64,000 bases of DNA from Bdellovibrio sp. ZAP7. GTDB taxonomy: Bacteria > Bdellovibrionota > FAC87 > UBA2466. The DNA lies in contig CAMCTJ010000005.1 of assembly GCA_945878405.1 (NCBI GenBank), positions 22,350 through 86,349 of the forward strand, in the 5' to 3' direction. The position numbers and the translations under genes were made by a program. Within the stretch, counting starts at the first letter, position 1; every line of letters starts with the position of its first letter. Below are positions 9,687 through 19,106 of the stretch, piece after piece. A model generated the notes under the pieces. That model saw only the letters and a program-made list of their open reading frames with translations. It did no database searches and was not told the origin of the DNA.

Positions 9687-10583
9687 CTAAATTTTTTCAA
9701 CGCATCGAAGTTTGGCGCTTCGCGAACGGGGATTTTGGGAAAGTTCTTCGGGGGAGGGCTCCACTGGTTTTTTCGTCAAAATTTTGACTCGGGCATCTTT
9801 TGAGCACTGACAAATAAGCTCTTGGCAAATGCAGCGACCTGCTAGGCGTTTGAATACTGTTTTCACCTCCCGGTCTTCTGTTGAGTGAAAAGTAATGACT
9901 ACCAGACGACCACCCGGCTTAAGAATATCGATAAGTTTTGGAAGAGTTTCGGCGATTTCCTCTAGTTCTCGGTTGACCGCCATCCGAAGCGCCATAAAGG
10001 GAACCGTGGCGGGGTGCGTTCTCCCAATGCGTTTTCCTAAACAGTCGGCCAAATCCTGAGTCGACTCAATCTTGCCAGCTCGAAAGGCATTCAGAATTTT
10101 TCTAGCTAAAGCACGGGAATTTTTTAGGTCTGCGTTGTAATAAAGGATATCTGCCAAATCTTCTTCACTTAAGCGTTCTAAGAGTTCTCTCAGGGTAGGC
10201 CCCTGACTTTGGTCCATCCGCATATCTAATGGCCCGGGTTTTTGAAAAGTAAAACCACGTTCCTCTGAGATCAACTGGCGAGTGCTTACTCCCAAGTCTA
10301 GCAAGATGCCATCGAAGACTTGTGAACCCACCAGAGAAGGAAACTCAGAAAACCGCCTATGGTGAAGCTTTAACCGCGGATCCTGGCTTAAAGCTCCTGC
10401 CTTGAGGTAGTTCTTTACCGCTGAAAGATCCCGGTCAACCGCCCAAACCTCCTGAGCCCCTCCTTTAAGGAGAGCTTCCGTGTGCCCTCCCTCTCCGAAA
10501 GTGAGATCCGCGTAGGTCCCCTTATTTAAACCAATAAAATCAATTACTTCATTGAGTAATACGGATTTGTGTAGCCATTCCAT
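9687..10583 (-). CDS. rsmH: 16S rRNA (cytosine1402-N4)-methyltransferase RsmH/MraW
   Basis: N-terminus MEWLHKSVLLNEVIDFIG...YADLTFGEGGHTEA is the diagnostic RsmH motif. 298 aa. Confidence 0.85.
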   Translation of the reverse strand: MEWLHKSVLLNEVIDFIGLNKGTYADLTFGEGGHTEALLKGGAQEVWAVDRDLSAVKNYLKAGALSQDPRLKLHHRRFSEFPSLVGSQVFDGILLDLGVSTRQLISEERGFTFQKPGPLDMRMDQSQGPTLRELLERLSEEDLADILYYNADLKNSRALARKILNAFRAGKIESTQDLADCLGKRIGRTHPATVPFMALRMAVNRELEEIAETLPKLIDILKPGGRLVVITFHSTEDREVKTVFKRLAGRCICQELICQCSKDARVKILTKKPVEPSPEELSQNPRSRSAKLRCVEKI

Positions 10584-10614
10584 AAGTCAAAAATAACGCA
10601 ATGCAAAAAAGTCC

Positions 10615-10641
10615 TAAAGGTCTTTGACGCGACGCCGATAA
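10615..10641 (+). promoter_or_regulatory. sigma-28 (FliA)-type promoter for flagellin
   Basis: TAAA-N15-GCCGATAA (TAAAggtctttgacgcgacGCCGATAA) fits the TAAA-N15-GCCGATAA consensus exactly. ~77 nt upstream of the fliC ATG. Confidence 0.55.
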
Positions 10642-10718
10642 AACCTGGGAGCGCAGTAATGCGCCGCATTAAACAAGTGCATTGTGGTTGGGTTTACCAC
10701 TTTTTTTAGGAGAGAACC

Positions 10719-11549
10719 ATGGCTATTAGCTTATTAAGTAATCAGGCGGTTATTAATGCCCGAAGGCATATGGAAACCACCTCGCGGATGTTTGGCGAAG
10801 CGAGTGAACGGTTGGCTTCGGGGAAACGAATTAACAAATCTGGAGACGATGCTGCTGGCTTAGCGATTTCGCAAGCCATGGAAGGAAAAATCCGTAGTAT
10901 GCAGCAAGCTCGTCGAAATGCTCAAGAAGCGCTTTCGCTGATGCAAGTAGCGGAAGGTGGCATGAACGAAGTGAGCAATCTTTTAGTAAGATTAAGAGAG
11001 CTCTCGATTCAAGCTGCAAGCGATACCATCGGAGACAAAGAACGAACGATGTTAGAGCTTGAGAACAAACAGATTAAAGAAGAAATCGATCGTCTTGCAA
11101 ATGCAACTGAGTACTTTGGTACTTCTCTGCTGAATGGCCAAGGTAAGGAATTTACCTTCCAAATTGGGCCAGATAATTCGGAAGCGAACCGCCTTGAGTA
11201 TTCAACTGCCAGCTTGGACTTGCGAGCGTCAAGTTTAGGAATCGATGGGGCGAGTCTGTCGGATTCTAGTTCAGCACTCGATGCGCTATCTCAAGTCGAC
11301 GAAGCTATTACAAAGTTGAATACGCCTCGAGCAGAAGTAGGAGCGATGCAGACCCGATTCAATTCGATTGTAAATAACTTGTTTATTTACGAAGAGAATA
11401 TGTCGGCAGCAAAATCTCGAATTGTAGATGCTGATATTGCTCAGGAGACTGCTAAAGCAGTTCAAGCTTCAATCCTTCAAAGAGCAGGGGCTGCAGTAAT
11501 AGCCCAAGCCAATACGATGCCAGCGCTCGCATTGAAGCTACTGGACTAA
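10719..11549 (+). CDS. fliC: flagellin (short, ~276 aa)
   Basis: Conserved flagellin N-terminus (GKRINKSGDDAAGLAISQ...) and C-terminus (AQANTMPALALKLL). RBS AGGAGA upstream. Confidence 0.9.
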   Translation: MAISLLSNQAVINARRHMETTSRMFGEASERLASGKRINKSGDDAAGLAISQAMEGKIRSMQQARRNAQEALSLMQVAEGGMNEVSNLLVRLRELSIQAASDTIGDKERTMLELENKQIKEEIDRLANATEYFGTSLLNGQGKEFTFQIGPDNSEANRLEYSTASLDLRASSLGIDGASLSDSSSALDALSQVDEAITKLNTPRAEVGAMQTRFNSIVNNLFIYEENMSAAKSRIVDADIAQETAKAVQASILQRAGAAVIAQANTMPALALKLLD

Positions 11550-11562
11550 TGATTCGGAACGA

Positions 11563-11603
11563 GGGGGCTAGCCGGCCAATGAGGTTCTCCCGTGCTAGCC
11601 TCC
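11563..11603. terminator. putative bidirectional hairpin between convergent fliC and oxidoreductase genes
   Basis: GGGGGCTAGC ... GCTAGCCTCC inverted repeat (10-bp stem, 1 mismatch, ~21-nt loop). No clear U-tract. Confidence 0.3.
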
Positions 11604-11610
11604 TTGTACC

Positions 11611-12681
11611 TTAAGGAAAAACCAAAACTACCTTTCCGAAATTTTGGCGATTTTCTAGGTATTGATGAGCATCCGCTACTTGTTCAAAACTAAATTCGCG
11701 ATCTAGGGTAGGGGTGAGATTCCCTATTTCAATTAAGTTTAAAATTTCTGTTAGCCAAACCTGAAGTGGGGAAAAAGATCTTTTCCACAAAGTAGCCAAA
11801 TTGAATCCGCCCACTAAATTATTTTCTTGAGTGAGATCAAAAATATCAACGGGATACCATTTTCCTTGTTCGATATCCGACCGCCAGGCTTTTCCCGACT
11901 TTAGTTCATCGAAATAATTAAAAGCTCCAAAGGCAATGAGTCGTCCTAGAGGAGAAAGCAACCTTAGCCCCATACTCCAACTGGTGCCCCCATGAGAGTC
12001 AAAAATAATGTCGAATCCACGGTCTTCAGTGATTTCTCTTAATTCGTTTTCAAAGTTTTGGCTTTTGGGATCAACAAGAAATTGAAAACCGTGGGCTTTC
12101 AACTTTTTGTGCTTGCCTTCAGAGGCGACTCCAACGGGACTGGCCCCAACCATTTTACAAAAGTCGTAAAGAGCTAATCCCACTCCGCCCCCTGCAGAGT
12201 AAATAAGAGCCCTATCTCCACTTTTTAAATGACCAAGTTTTAGCGCGAGAGCGTAAGCGGTGAGGTAGTTGACTGAAATAGCAGCACCTTGCGAAAAAGA
12301 AAATTTTTCAGGAAGTAAAAACACTTGTTCCTGGGGAACGCAAACCTTACTTGAGTACCCACCAAAAAAAGAGGTGGCAAAAACCCTCTTTCCAACCCAT
12401 TCCTTGGAAACTTTTTCCCCCACTTCAGTTACAAGCCCGCTTACTTCATAACCCGGAACCATGGGTAGTGGTGGTGCTTCAGGATAACGTCCTGTCCGGC
12501 TCAAAATATCAGCAAAATTGATTCCTGAGGCTTTGACCTCAATCAACACTTCGCCTTCTGTTGGCGAAGGATCGGGTCCCTCCTTCACCCTAAGAACTTC
12601 GGGACCGCCTTTTCTTGTAATCCAAACCTGTTTCATCTTTTTTGGGAGTTCTGAGTCGCTCGTATTATAATTCAGACTCAC
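11611..12681 (-). CDS. NADPH:quinone oxidoreductase / zeta-crystallin-like MDR-family dehydrogenase
   Basis: GINFADILSRTGRYP...PGYEVSG pattern. GxGxxG-like SAGGGVGLALY. The true start is probably MKQVW (~12636). Confidence 0.7.
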   Translation of the reverse strand: MSLNYNTSDSELPKKMKQVWITRKGGPEVLRVKEGPDPSPTEGEVLIEVKASGINFADILSRTGRYPEAPPLPMVPGYEVSGLVTEVGEKVSKEWVGKRVFATSFFGGYSSKVCVPQEQVFLLPEKFSFSQGAAISVNYLTAYALALKLGHLKSGDRALIYSAGGGVGLALYDFCKMVGASPVGVASEGKHKKLKAHGFQFLVDPKSQNFENELREITEDRGFDIIFDSHGGTSWSMGLRLLSPLGRLIAFGAFNYFDELKSGKAWRSDIEQGKWYPVDIFDLTQENNLVGGFNLATLWKRSFSPLQVWLTEILNLIEIGNLTPTLDREFSFEQVADAHQYLENRQNFGKVVLVFP

Positions 12682-13755
12682 ATGTTTCTAAAAAACAATT
12701 CATGGCCGGCATTAGAATTATTAAAAGCGCTCGCTATAGCAGCCATGATTATTAACCACAGTTGGGCCTTTGTTATCAGTCGACAAGATTTGTTGGAAAA
12801 TCGTGAAAGCTTTTCACTCGCTTGGGCTAATATCTTTCACTTTTTTTGCTTTTTTAATATTTGGATTCCTGCAATTGCGGGCACCACCCTTCGCCTTCAG
12901 ACCCATTCGAGCGAAAAGGACGCAAATCTTGGCAAGCGCTTATCCGCGGTGGCGTTTCGTTGGGGAATCGTATTAGCGCTCGGCGGCTATGCCTTTGCGC
13001 TTTGGGATTCATCCGCTGACATTCTTCGCTCATTTAACCCACTTCATTTCATGGCTGTCTCTTTTGTTCTTGTTGCGCTTATCTTAAAAAGTCTCCCCCT
13101 CAGTGTCTTTCCTTGGATTACTTGGTTTTTTATCATTTTGGCTTTTTCGCTGGATCAAGTGCGAAGTGAATTTATAAATCAAACTGGCCAGTCTTTTTTA
13201 AAAGAAGTTATCTTTGGCTCCGGCCAAGTCGGTTGGTCTCTCATTCCTTGGTTGGGTCTTGTGCTCATCGGCTTTACCTTTTCAGACCTCTATTTAAGAT
13301 CGAAAAGTCCCAAAAAGCTCCTTATCTTTTGCGCCCTCATTGGTTTAGTCACATCAATGAGTTTTCTTTTTGTTGAGGAATCCCAAGAGTTCATCAAAAG
13401 ACAAACCGTATTAGACCAATATTCAACCCTTCGAATGCCTCGCTTTCTGTGGCTGGCGGTTTTCAGTGGTTATGTAGCAGCCCTATCGCTAGCAACTTTG
13501 GTTTATCATCGGAATTCCACTTTCTTGAAGGAGCTTATCGAGCCTTTAGCCGTCGGATCATTTTGGCTATTTTTTCTTCAATTTCCTATCATGATTATGT
13601 CCTCCCTTGCTTTTGAATCCTTACACTTTCAGATTAGAGCCTTCTGCTTTCCTGTTTTTGTTCTGATCTGGTGCTTTATAGTGGGCCGCCTAGTGATTGA
13701 AATTGGGAGAAAAAAAATAACTGTCACATTAGTAAAACGAAGAGATTCGAGATGA
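12682..13755 (+). CDS. polytopic integral membrane protein (possibly acyltransferase-3/DUF1624-like), first gene of the PKS-like operon
   Basis: About 9-10 TM helices. N-terminus LELLKALAIAAMIINHSW resembles membrane acyltransferase N-termini. Its stop overlaps the KS start (ATGA at 13752). Confidence 0.4.
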   Translation: MFLKNNSWPALELLKALAIAAMIINHSWAFVISRQDLLENRESFSLAWANIFHFFCFFNIWIPAIAGTTLRLQTHSSEKDANLGKRLSAVAFRWGIVLALGGYAFALWDSSADILRSFNPLHFMAVSFVLVALILKSLPLSVFPWITWFFIILAFSLDQVRSEFINQTGQSFLKEVIFGSGQVGWSLIPWLGLVLIGFTFSDLYLRSKSPKKLLIFCALIGLVTSMSFLFVEESQEFIKRQTVLDQYSTLRMPRFLWLAVFSGYVAALSLATLVYHRNSTFLKELIEPLAVGSFWLFFLQFPIMIMSSLAFESLHFQIRAFCFPVFVLIWCFIVGRLVIEIGRKKITVTLVKRRDSR

Positions 13756-15779
13756 AGTTCAAAGAAAATATCGCCATCGTAGGTGCCGGTTGCGTTCTGC
13801 CCGGAGCTAGAAACACTAGCGATTTTTGGAAGATACTTTGTGAGGGCAGGCATCAGTTTCGATCTCTCCCGGGCAACCGATGGAACAAGGATATCTATTT
13901 TGATCCAGAAAAAAATCAGGGGGATTCAAGTTACTCTGATCTGGCAGCCTACGTAGCAGATGATTTATTTTTTGATAGCAACTCAGACTTGCCCAGAGGC
14001 CATCAAATGATGTTAACGGCGCTCCGTGAAGCGGTAGCACCGTTTGATCGAGATCAGTTTCGTAAGAGGCGGGTTGCCGTCGTGTTGGGTTGCATGAATC
14101 CGGAAGATGAAGCTTCTGTCAGCCTCGTTAAAGCACAGAAAAATAGCCTTATGGAAGAGATGAGTAGGAGAGCTTCTCAGCTGTCTTTTGAAACGGAGAG
14201 TTTCCTAAAAGAGTTTGATAAATGTTTTCAGGACACTACTGAGTCTTTGGATATTCATTTTCCAAGTTCACTTGCTTACCATGTACATCGTGAACTAGGG
14301 ACTAAAGGTCTGTCTTTCTGTGCAGACTCTGCTTGCGGATCTTCTTTAACTGCTATCGACTTAGCTTGCCTCCTTTTAGAAAGTGGTGAAGTCGACCTAG
14401 TTGTAACAGGAGGGGTTGAGGCAAATCTAGGAATTGAAACTTACGTCCCCTTTAGTCGGCTGGGCGTTTTAGCGCGCACCAGGAGCTTGCCTTACGACGC
14501 CAAAAGCGAGGGGATTATACAAGGAGAGGGCTCGGTTCTTTTTGTTCTGGAAAGATTGTCGGATGCGCAAGATGCCGAGCGAGATATTTGGGGTTTAATC
14601 GAGGGAATTACGAGTTCGAGCAATGGAGCTAAGGCGAGTCTTTTTTCACCGTCTCAGGAGAGTCAGAAAGTCAACTTTTCAGAGCTCGAAACAACCTTGG
14701 CAGAAGGGCCGCCCATTTATATCGAGGGTCATGGTACGGGCACCTTAGTGGGAGATCGGGCGGAGTTGGAAGCGCTCAAAGAAGTCTTCTCGCCAATCCC
14801 AACAAAAGTGTTACTCGGTTCGGTAAAGGCAATTATCGGTCATACCAAGGGAACAGCAGGCGCTGCAGGTTTGCTCAAATGTTTGTTGAGTCTACGGCAT
14901 TCGTTTATTCCCCCTTCCACTTATTTTGAAAACGCCTGCTCGGAATCTGGTATGGGAAATTTAGAAATAAATCTCAGCGGAGTAGAGCTGGGAAAGAATG
15001 ATGTTCCTCTGCAAATGCGAGTGTGTTCTGCGGGATTCGGAGGTGCAAACTATTATCTTGCTTTAAGTGAACATAAAAAATCAAATCATCCACATCTGGA
15101 AAAGGGGACAATTATCTCCTCGGAGGCTTCCGTGCTTGTTGCATTTTCTCAGGTCCCATTTTTTGCGCAGACCAGTGAAAATAAATATCAAGATTGGAAA
15201 ATTCCCCCTCACTTGGCAAATCACCTTGATTTCGCCCAAATCAGCGCCCTGACCGCGGTAGAGTTAGCTTTAGAGAAAAGTCTGATTTCAAAAAAAATGG
15301 TACAAAAATTAAAGACATGCGTTATTTCAGCTTCTCACACGCGTACGAACAAGATGGAGAAAATCAGCCACGTGCTTCAATTAAAAAAAGTTGAGAACCC
15401 CGAATATTCATTTCAAGAGATCTTAAGAAAATATAGAAATGAACTTGTGAAGCTAGATGAAACTACCTGTCAGGCCTTAAACAGCATGATCAGTGGTCGA
15501 GTAGCAAATGCCTTTGATCTCGCTGGAACAAATTTTCATATTGATGCCGATTTTTCATCACTGGGCTATTCACTTAAAATGGGTCAACAAATGATCAGCC
15601 ACAAAAGAGCTGAAATGGTCATATTGCTAGGAATAGAAGAAATACCAGGAGACGTTCCCTATTTAATTTCCCGGCAATCCGTCTCTTGTTGGGTTCTTAC
15701 CTCGCCTCAAACAGCCGAAGAATTGTCTTTGCCCCAACTTGGTTCAGTCAGTGAGGTGCTGGTTTGTCATGAAGGCTAA
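13752..15779 (+). CDS. stand-alone beta-ketoacyl synthase (type I PKS / PUFA-synthase-like KS) with C-terminal truncated Cys-less KS-like (CLF-like) half domain
   Basis: IAIVGAGCVLPGA. Active-site Cys195 in CADSACGSSL (codon 14334..14336). His motifs EGHGTGT and IGHTKGTAGAAG. Residues ~440-675 re-align to the KS N-terminal half with Cys replaced (DADFSSLGY). Confidence 0.8.
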   Translation: MKFKENIAIVGAGCVLPGARNTSDFWKILCEGRHQFRSLPGNRWNKDIYFDPEKNQGDSSYSDLAAYVADDLFFDSNSDLPRGHQMMLTALREAVAPFDRDQFRKRRVAVVLGCMNPEDEASVSLVKAQKNSLMEEMSRRASQLSFETESFLKEFDKCFQDTTESLDIHFPSSLAYHVHRELGTKGLSFCADSACGSSLTAIDLACLLLESGEVDLVVTGGVEANLGIETYVPFSRLGVLARTRSLPYDAKSEGIIQGEGSVLFVLERLSDAQDAERDIWGLIEGITSSSNGAKASLFSPSQESQKVNFSELETTLAEGPPIYIEGHGTGTLVGDRAELEALKEVFSPIPTKVLLGSVKAIIGHTKGTAGAAGLLKCLLSLRHSFIPPSTYFENACSESGMGNLEINLSGVELGKNDVPLQMRVCSAGFGGANYYLALSEHKKSNHPHLEKGTIISSEASVLVAFSQVPFFAQTSENKYQDWKIPPHLANHLDFAQISALTAVELALEKSLISKKMVQKLKTCVISASHTRTNKMEKISHVLQLKKVENPEYSFQEILRKYRNELVKLDETTCQALNSMISGRVANAFDLAGTNFHIDADFSSLGYSLKMGQQMISHKRAEMVILLGIEEIPGDVPYLISRQSVSCWVLTSPQTAEELSLPQLGSVSEVLVCHEG

Positions 15780-18700
15780 TTCTTTTAGACAAACAAGTTT
15801 ATACAGTGGCGCCGTGTCCTGGAGGGTTGACCCTCGAGAAAGCCCTCGATCTCAAAAGAACTGCTTTGTCTTGCCTGGCCAGGGATCCATGTTTCCAGGG
15901 ATGGGCAGAGGATTCGAAGACGACTCTACATTCCAACATTTTTTTTCGATAGCAGACCTTGTTTGCAAAAAAGCTCATTTTCCCAGGCCCTCTCGGTACG
16001 TTTTCACACCGAATAGTCTGACTTTAGAAGAGCTTGAAGCAGTTGAGTCCTTGGCTCTGTTTACTTTTTCCGTAGCCATGTCTCATAAACTTGCCGAAGA
16101 GGGGGTGCGCCCCCAAGCATTAACTGGACATAGCTTTGGGGAGTTTGCTGGCCTGGTTGTTTCAGGAATTCTTGATTTTGAGACGGGCTTATCCTGTGTG
16201 CTTAGTCGGGAGAAGTGCCTTGGCGAGCGAAACAAAGCAGGCTTTATGGTTGCGGTGAATACGAGTGAGCTAAAAATAAGAGAGCTGCTTCCTCAAAAAA
16301 AAACCCATATTTCTAATGTTAATAGTCTGACCCAAACAGTGATTTCAACAACCTGGGAACATTTGCAGGAAATTGAAAGCACTCTAAAAGAAAGTGAAAT
16401 CAAGTATAAGCGTTTAGCGAGTCCCCAGCCATTTCATTCCCCTTTACTAGAGGACTTTGCTAGTGAACTGCTCCTGCCTTCACTCGATACCCACCTCGTT
16501 ACGGCTCCTCGAATTCCCTTTTTTTCAGGGGTTGAAAAAAAATGGGTTGCAACAGAAGAAGACGTACATCTCCTTCTTCCTAAAATTTTAGAAAATCAGC
16601 TCACAAGACCGATCGATTTTAGACACCAACTCGATAGGCTCTCCTCTTATTGCACGCATTTTATAGAAGTAGGGCCGCGTCCTTTCTTGGTGCCTCTCAT
16701 AAAGGAAAATCTCGTTAATAAACAGGTAACCGTCTCTTGGGGGGGCGACCTCCTCCAGCCGGTTCCTGAGAATGATCAGCGGATCTCAAAAGTAAACCGG
16801 AGTCAGGTAACCGAGCCAACCTTAAGTCGCGTCAACTCGGTGATTGCCCGGATTACGGGATATTCGGTTGAGAAAATTCAATTTGAAGATAAATTCCAGG
16901 AGGATCTGGGTATCGACTCCATAAAAACGCTGGAGATATCTTTGGAGATTCAAAAAGAGTTCCAGCTTCCGCAGGCTTCCCTGGGACAAGCCTCCCAGAT
17001 AAAAACAGTGGGTGAGTTAGCTTTTCAAGTAGAAACACAAAAGAAAAAAAAGAACTTTGGTTTGGACAAAAAGAACGAAAGTCCGCAGCCTTTCCAACTC
17101 TACCAAAGAGTCTGGAGAGAAAAAGATATCACGCAAGAACGTTCTTGGGTTCAGGATGAGAAAACAGTTTGGATCCGACTCAATAACAACTTAACTAGGA
17201 CTTCGGAGATAGCATCTTTATCGAGTCCAATCTGTACCCTTATTCTAGATTGTTCCGAAATTTCAAATTCCCTTGTCACACCAGCATTTATCAAGAAATC
17301 CGTCCCTCAGTTTTTTGATCAGATTCAGGAACTTATCAAAAACAAGGTAATAAATCATGATACAGATGTGAGAGTTCTAGGTTTGAGTGCGCAAAATGGG
17401 TTTTCTTCGATGGTAACAACTTTTTTTCGATCACTAAAAAAAGAGAACGAGATCGCTTTTGTGTCCGAAATCCTGTTTGATGAGAGGGTTGACTTAACCA
17501 GGGAAATCGTAGGTCGAGAATTAGGATTAAGAAAGTATCAGAATGTAAAAATTACGAATGGAAAAAGATACACTCTGGAGCTCGAGCCCGTCCAAACCAC
17601 CCAAGAAAAAGAAGTTCTACAAACGGGGAATCTAGTTGTCATTGGAGGCTCTAGAGGGATTGCGAAAAGTGCTGTAACCCAATTGTTTAATAACAAAAAC
17701 TGGAAAGTTCATGTCTTGGGAAGAACTCCTCCGACAGAAGTACAGGAGGCCTTATACTATCAGGTTGACGCTGCTGACGAGGAGGCTATGGCTGAAGTCT
17801 TTCGTCGCATCCGAGATGAGCATGGAACAATCGATATTTTAGTCCATGCGGCAGGCAGTGAAATGAGTCGCCAGTTTCGAGATAAAACTCAAGAGGAAAT
17901 CAGGAGTGAATGGTTTTCAAAAGCATTGTCCTCAAAAATAGCCAGCGATTTAGCTGATAAATATTCTATCTCGGCTGCTATTCTTTTCTCATCGGTGATC
18001 TCCGAGTTTGGAAATCGAGGACAGGCTGTGTACGGAGCAGCTAATGCCTTTGCGAGAAAAATATGGGAGGAGAGCAGTAGTGAAAAGGTCAGCAGGACCG
18101 TCATTGATTGGCCCCCTTGGCAAAATACAGGAATGACTGCGAACCCAGTCATTAACGATATTTTAAAAAAAGCAGGGGTGTCATTGCTTCCTCCGGAAGA
18201 AGGTGCGAGGTGGTTTCGAGAAAGTCTGGCTGTCGGCGGGGGGATGCTTTGCAGTGAAAAGGATCTCCTTCTTTATAAGGGTCCTCTCGCCCATCTGGGG
18301 GCTTTGGGCAGTCTACAGCCAGTGGTTTATCCGCATCAGGGTGAGTTGGTTTTCGAATTTAGAGTCTCTCTTAAGGATTTTCCAGAGCTGGTGGATCATT
18401 CTGTTCAAGGAAGAGTGCTCTTGCCATTGGCTTTAATGGCAACTTGGTTTCGTGAAATTGGGCAGGGACTAACCGGTCGGGAAGACGATTTGAGCGAACT
18501 GCAGATTTTTAGACCCTTAGAGATTACTAACGACCAGATGCAGTTGTCTATTTTGGTTAAAAGATCCGGATCTCAAAACCACGCCTTAGCTTTTTCACTG
18601 ATAAGCTCAGATAAAAGGATAGCCTCCGGTACAGTTCAATTAAGGGGCCCCATCGAAGCAGATCGCACAGTAAAGAGTTCAAAGCCTGAAAACCAGTTTC

Positions 18701-19104
18701 AAGCAGAAGATATTTACGTCTCGGATGGCCTCTTTCATGGACCAAAATTTCAATTTTTGGATCGAGTGGAAATCCAAGAAAACAAGAAGGTACTTGGAAA
18801 GCCCGACCCCAAAAGAATTGAGGAATTAAATCAGGCGAAATTTCCTAGGGCTTTTGCAATGATTGAAACCGCTTTGCAGACCACAGCGGTAGCTGGTTGG
18901 AAATTAGATAATTGGATAGGCCTACCCGTGGCCATTGAGCGTATCTTAATCAGAGAAGAACTGATAAACGACAATAATTGGTTCTGGGAGATAACAGAGC
19001 GTGAGATCGCTCAAGAACTCATGACAGCATCTCTCGATCTGTTTGATGGAGATGGGCGATTTCTGGGAAGAATAGAGAAATTGGTTTTCCAAAAGAAGGC
19101 ATAA
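15769..19104 (+). CDS. multidomain PKS/PUFA-synthase-like protein: acyltransferase - ACP - ketoreductase - PKS-type dehydratase
   Basis: AT: FVLPGQGSMFPGMG, GHSFGE, PFHSPLL. ACP: DLGIDSIKTLE (Ser384, codon 16918..16920). KR: VVIGGSRGIAKS, YGAANAF. DH: HSVQGRVLLP. Start MKANSF overlaps the KS stop by 11 nt (the ORF track starts 30 nt earlier at 15739). Confidence 0.8.
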   Translation: MKANSFRQTSLYSGAVSWRVDPRESPRSQKNCFVLPGQGSMFPGMGRGFEDDSTFQHFFSIADLVCKKAHFPRPSRYVFTPNSLTLEELEAVESLALFTFSVAMSHKLAEEGVRPQALTGHSFGEFAGLVVSGILDFETGLSCVLSREKCLGERNKAGFMVAVNTSELKIRELLPQKKTHISNVNSLTQTVISTTWEHLQEIESTLKESEIKYKRLASPQPFHSPLLEDFASELLLPSLDTHLVTAPRIPFFSGVEKKWVATEEDVHLLLPKILENQLTRPIDFRHQLDRLSSYCTHFIEVGPRPFLVPLIKENLVNKQVTVSWGGDLLQPVPENDQRISKVNRSQVTEPTLSRVNSVIARITGYSVEKIQFEDKFQEDLGIDSIKTLEISLEIQKEFQLPQASLGQASQIKTVGELAFQVETQKKKKNFGLDKKNESPQPFQLYQRVWREKDITQERSWVQDEKTVWIRLNNNLTRTSEIASLSSPICTLILDCSEISNSLVTPAFIKKSVPQFFDQIQELIKNKVINHDTDVRVLGLSAQNGFSSMVTTFFRSLKKENEIAFVSEILFDERVDLTREIVGRELGLRKYQNVKITNGKRYTLELEPVQTTQEKEVLQTGNLVVIGGSRGIAKSAVTQLFNNKNWKVHVLGRTPPTEVQEALYYQVDAADEEAMAEVFRRIRDEHGTIDILVHAAGSEMSRQFRDKTQEEIRSEWFSKALSSKIASDLADKYSISAAILFSSVISEFGNRGQAVYGAANAFARKIWEESSSEKVSRTVIDWPPWQNTGMTANPVINDILKKAGVSLLPPEEGARWFRESLAVGGGMLCSEKDLLLYKGPLAHLGALGSLQPVVYPHQGELVFEFRVSLKDFPELVDHSVQGRVLLPLALMATWFREIGQGLTGREDDLSELQIFRPLEITNDQMQLSILVKRSGSQNHALAFSLISSDKRIASGTVQLRGPIEADRTVKSSKPENQFQAEDIYVSDGLFHGPKFQFLDRVEIQENKKVLGKPDPKRIEELNQAKFPRAFAMIETALQTTAVAGWKLDNWIGLPVAIERILIREELINDNNWFWEITEREIAQELMTASLDLFDGDGRFLGRIEKLVFQKKA

Positions 19105-19106
19105 AT

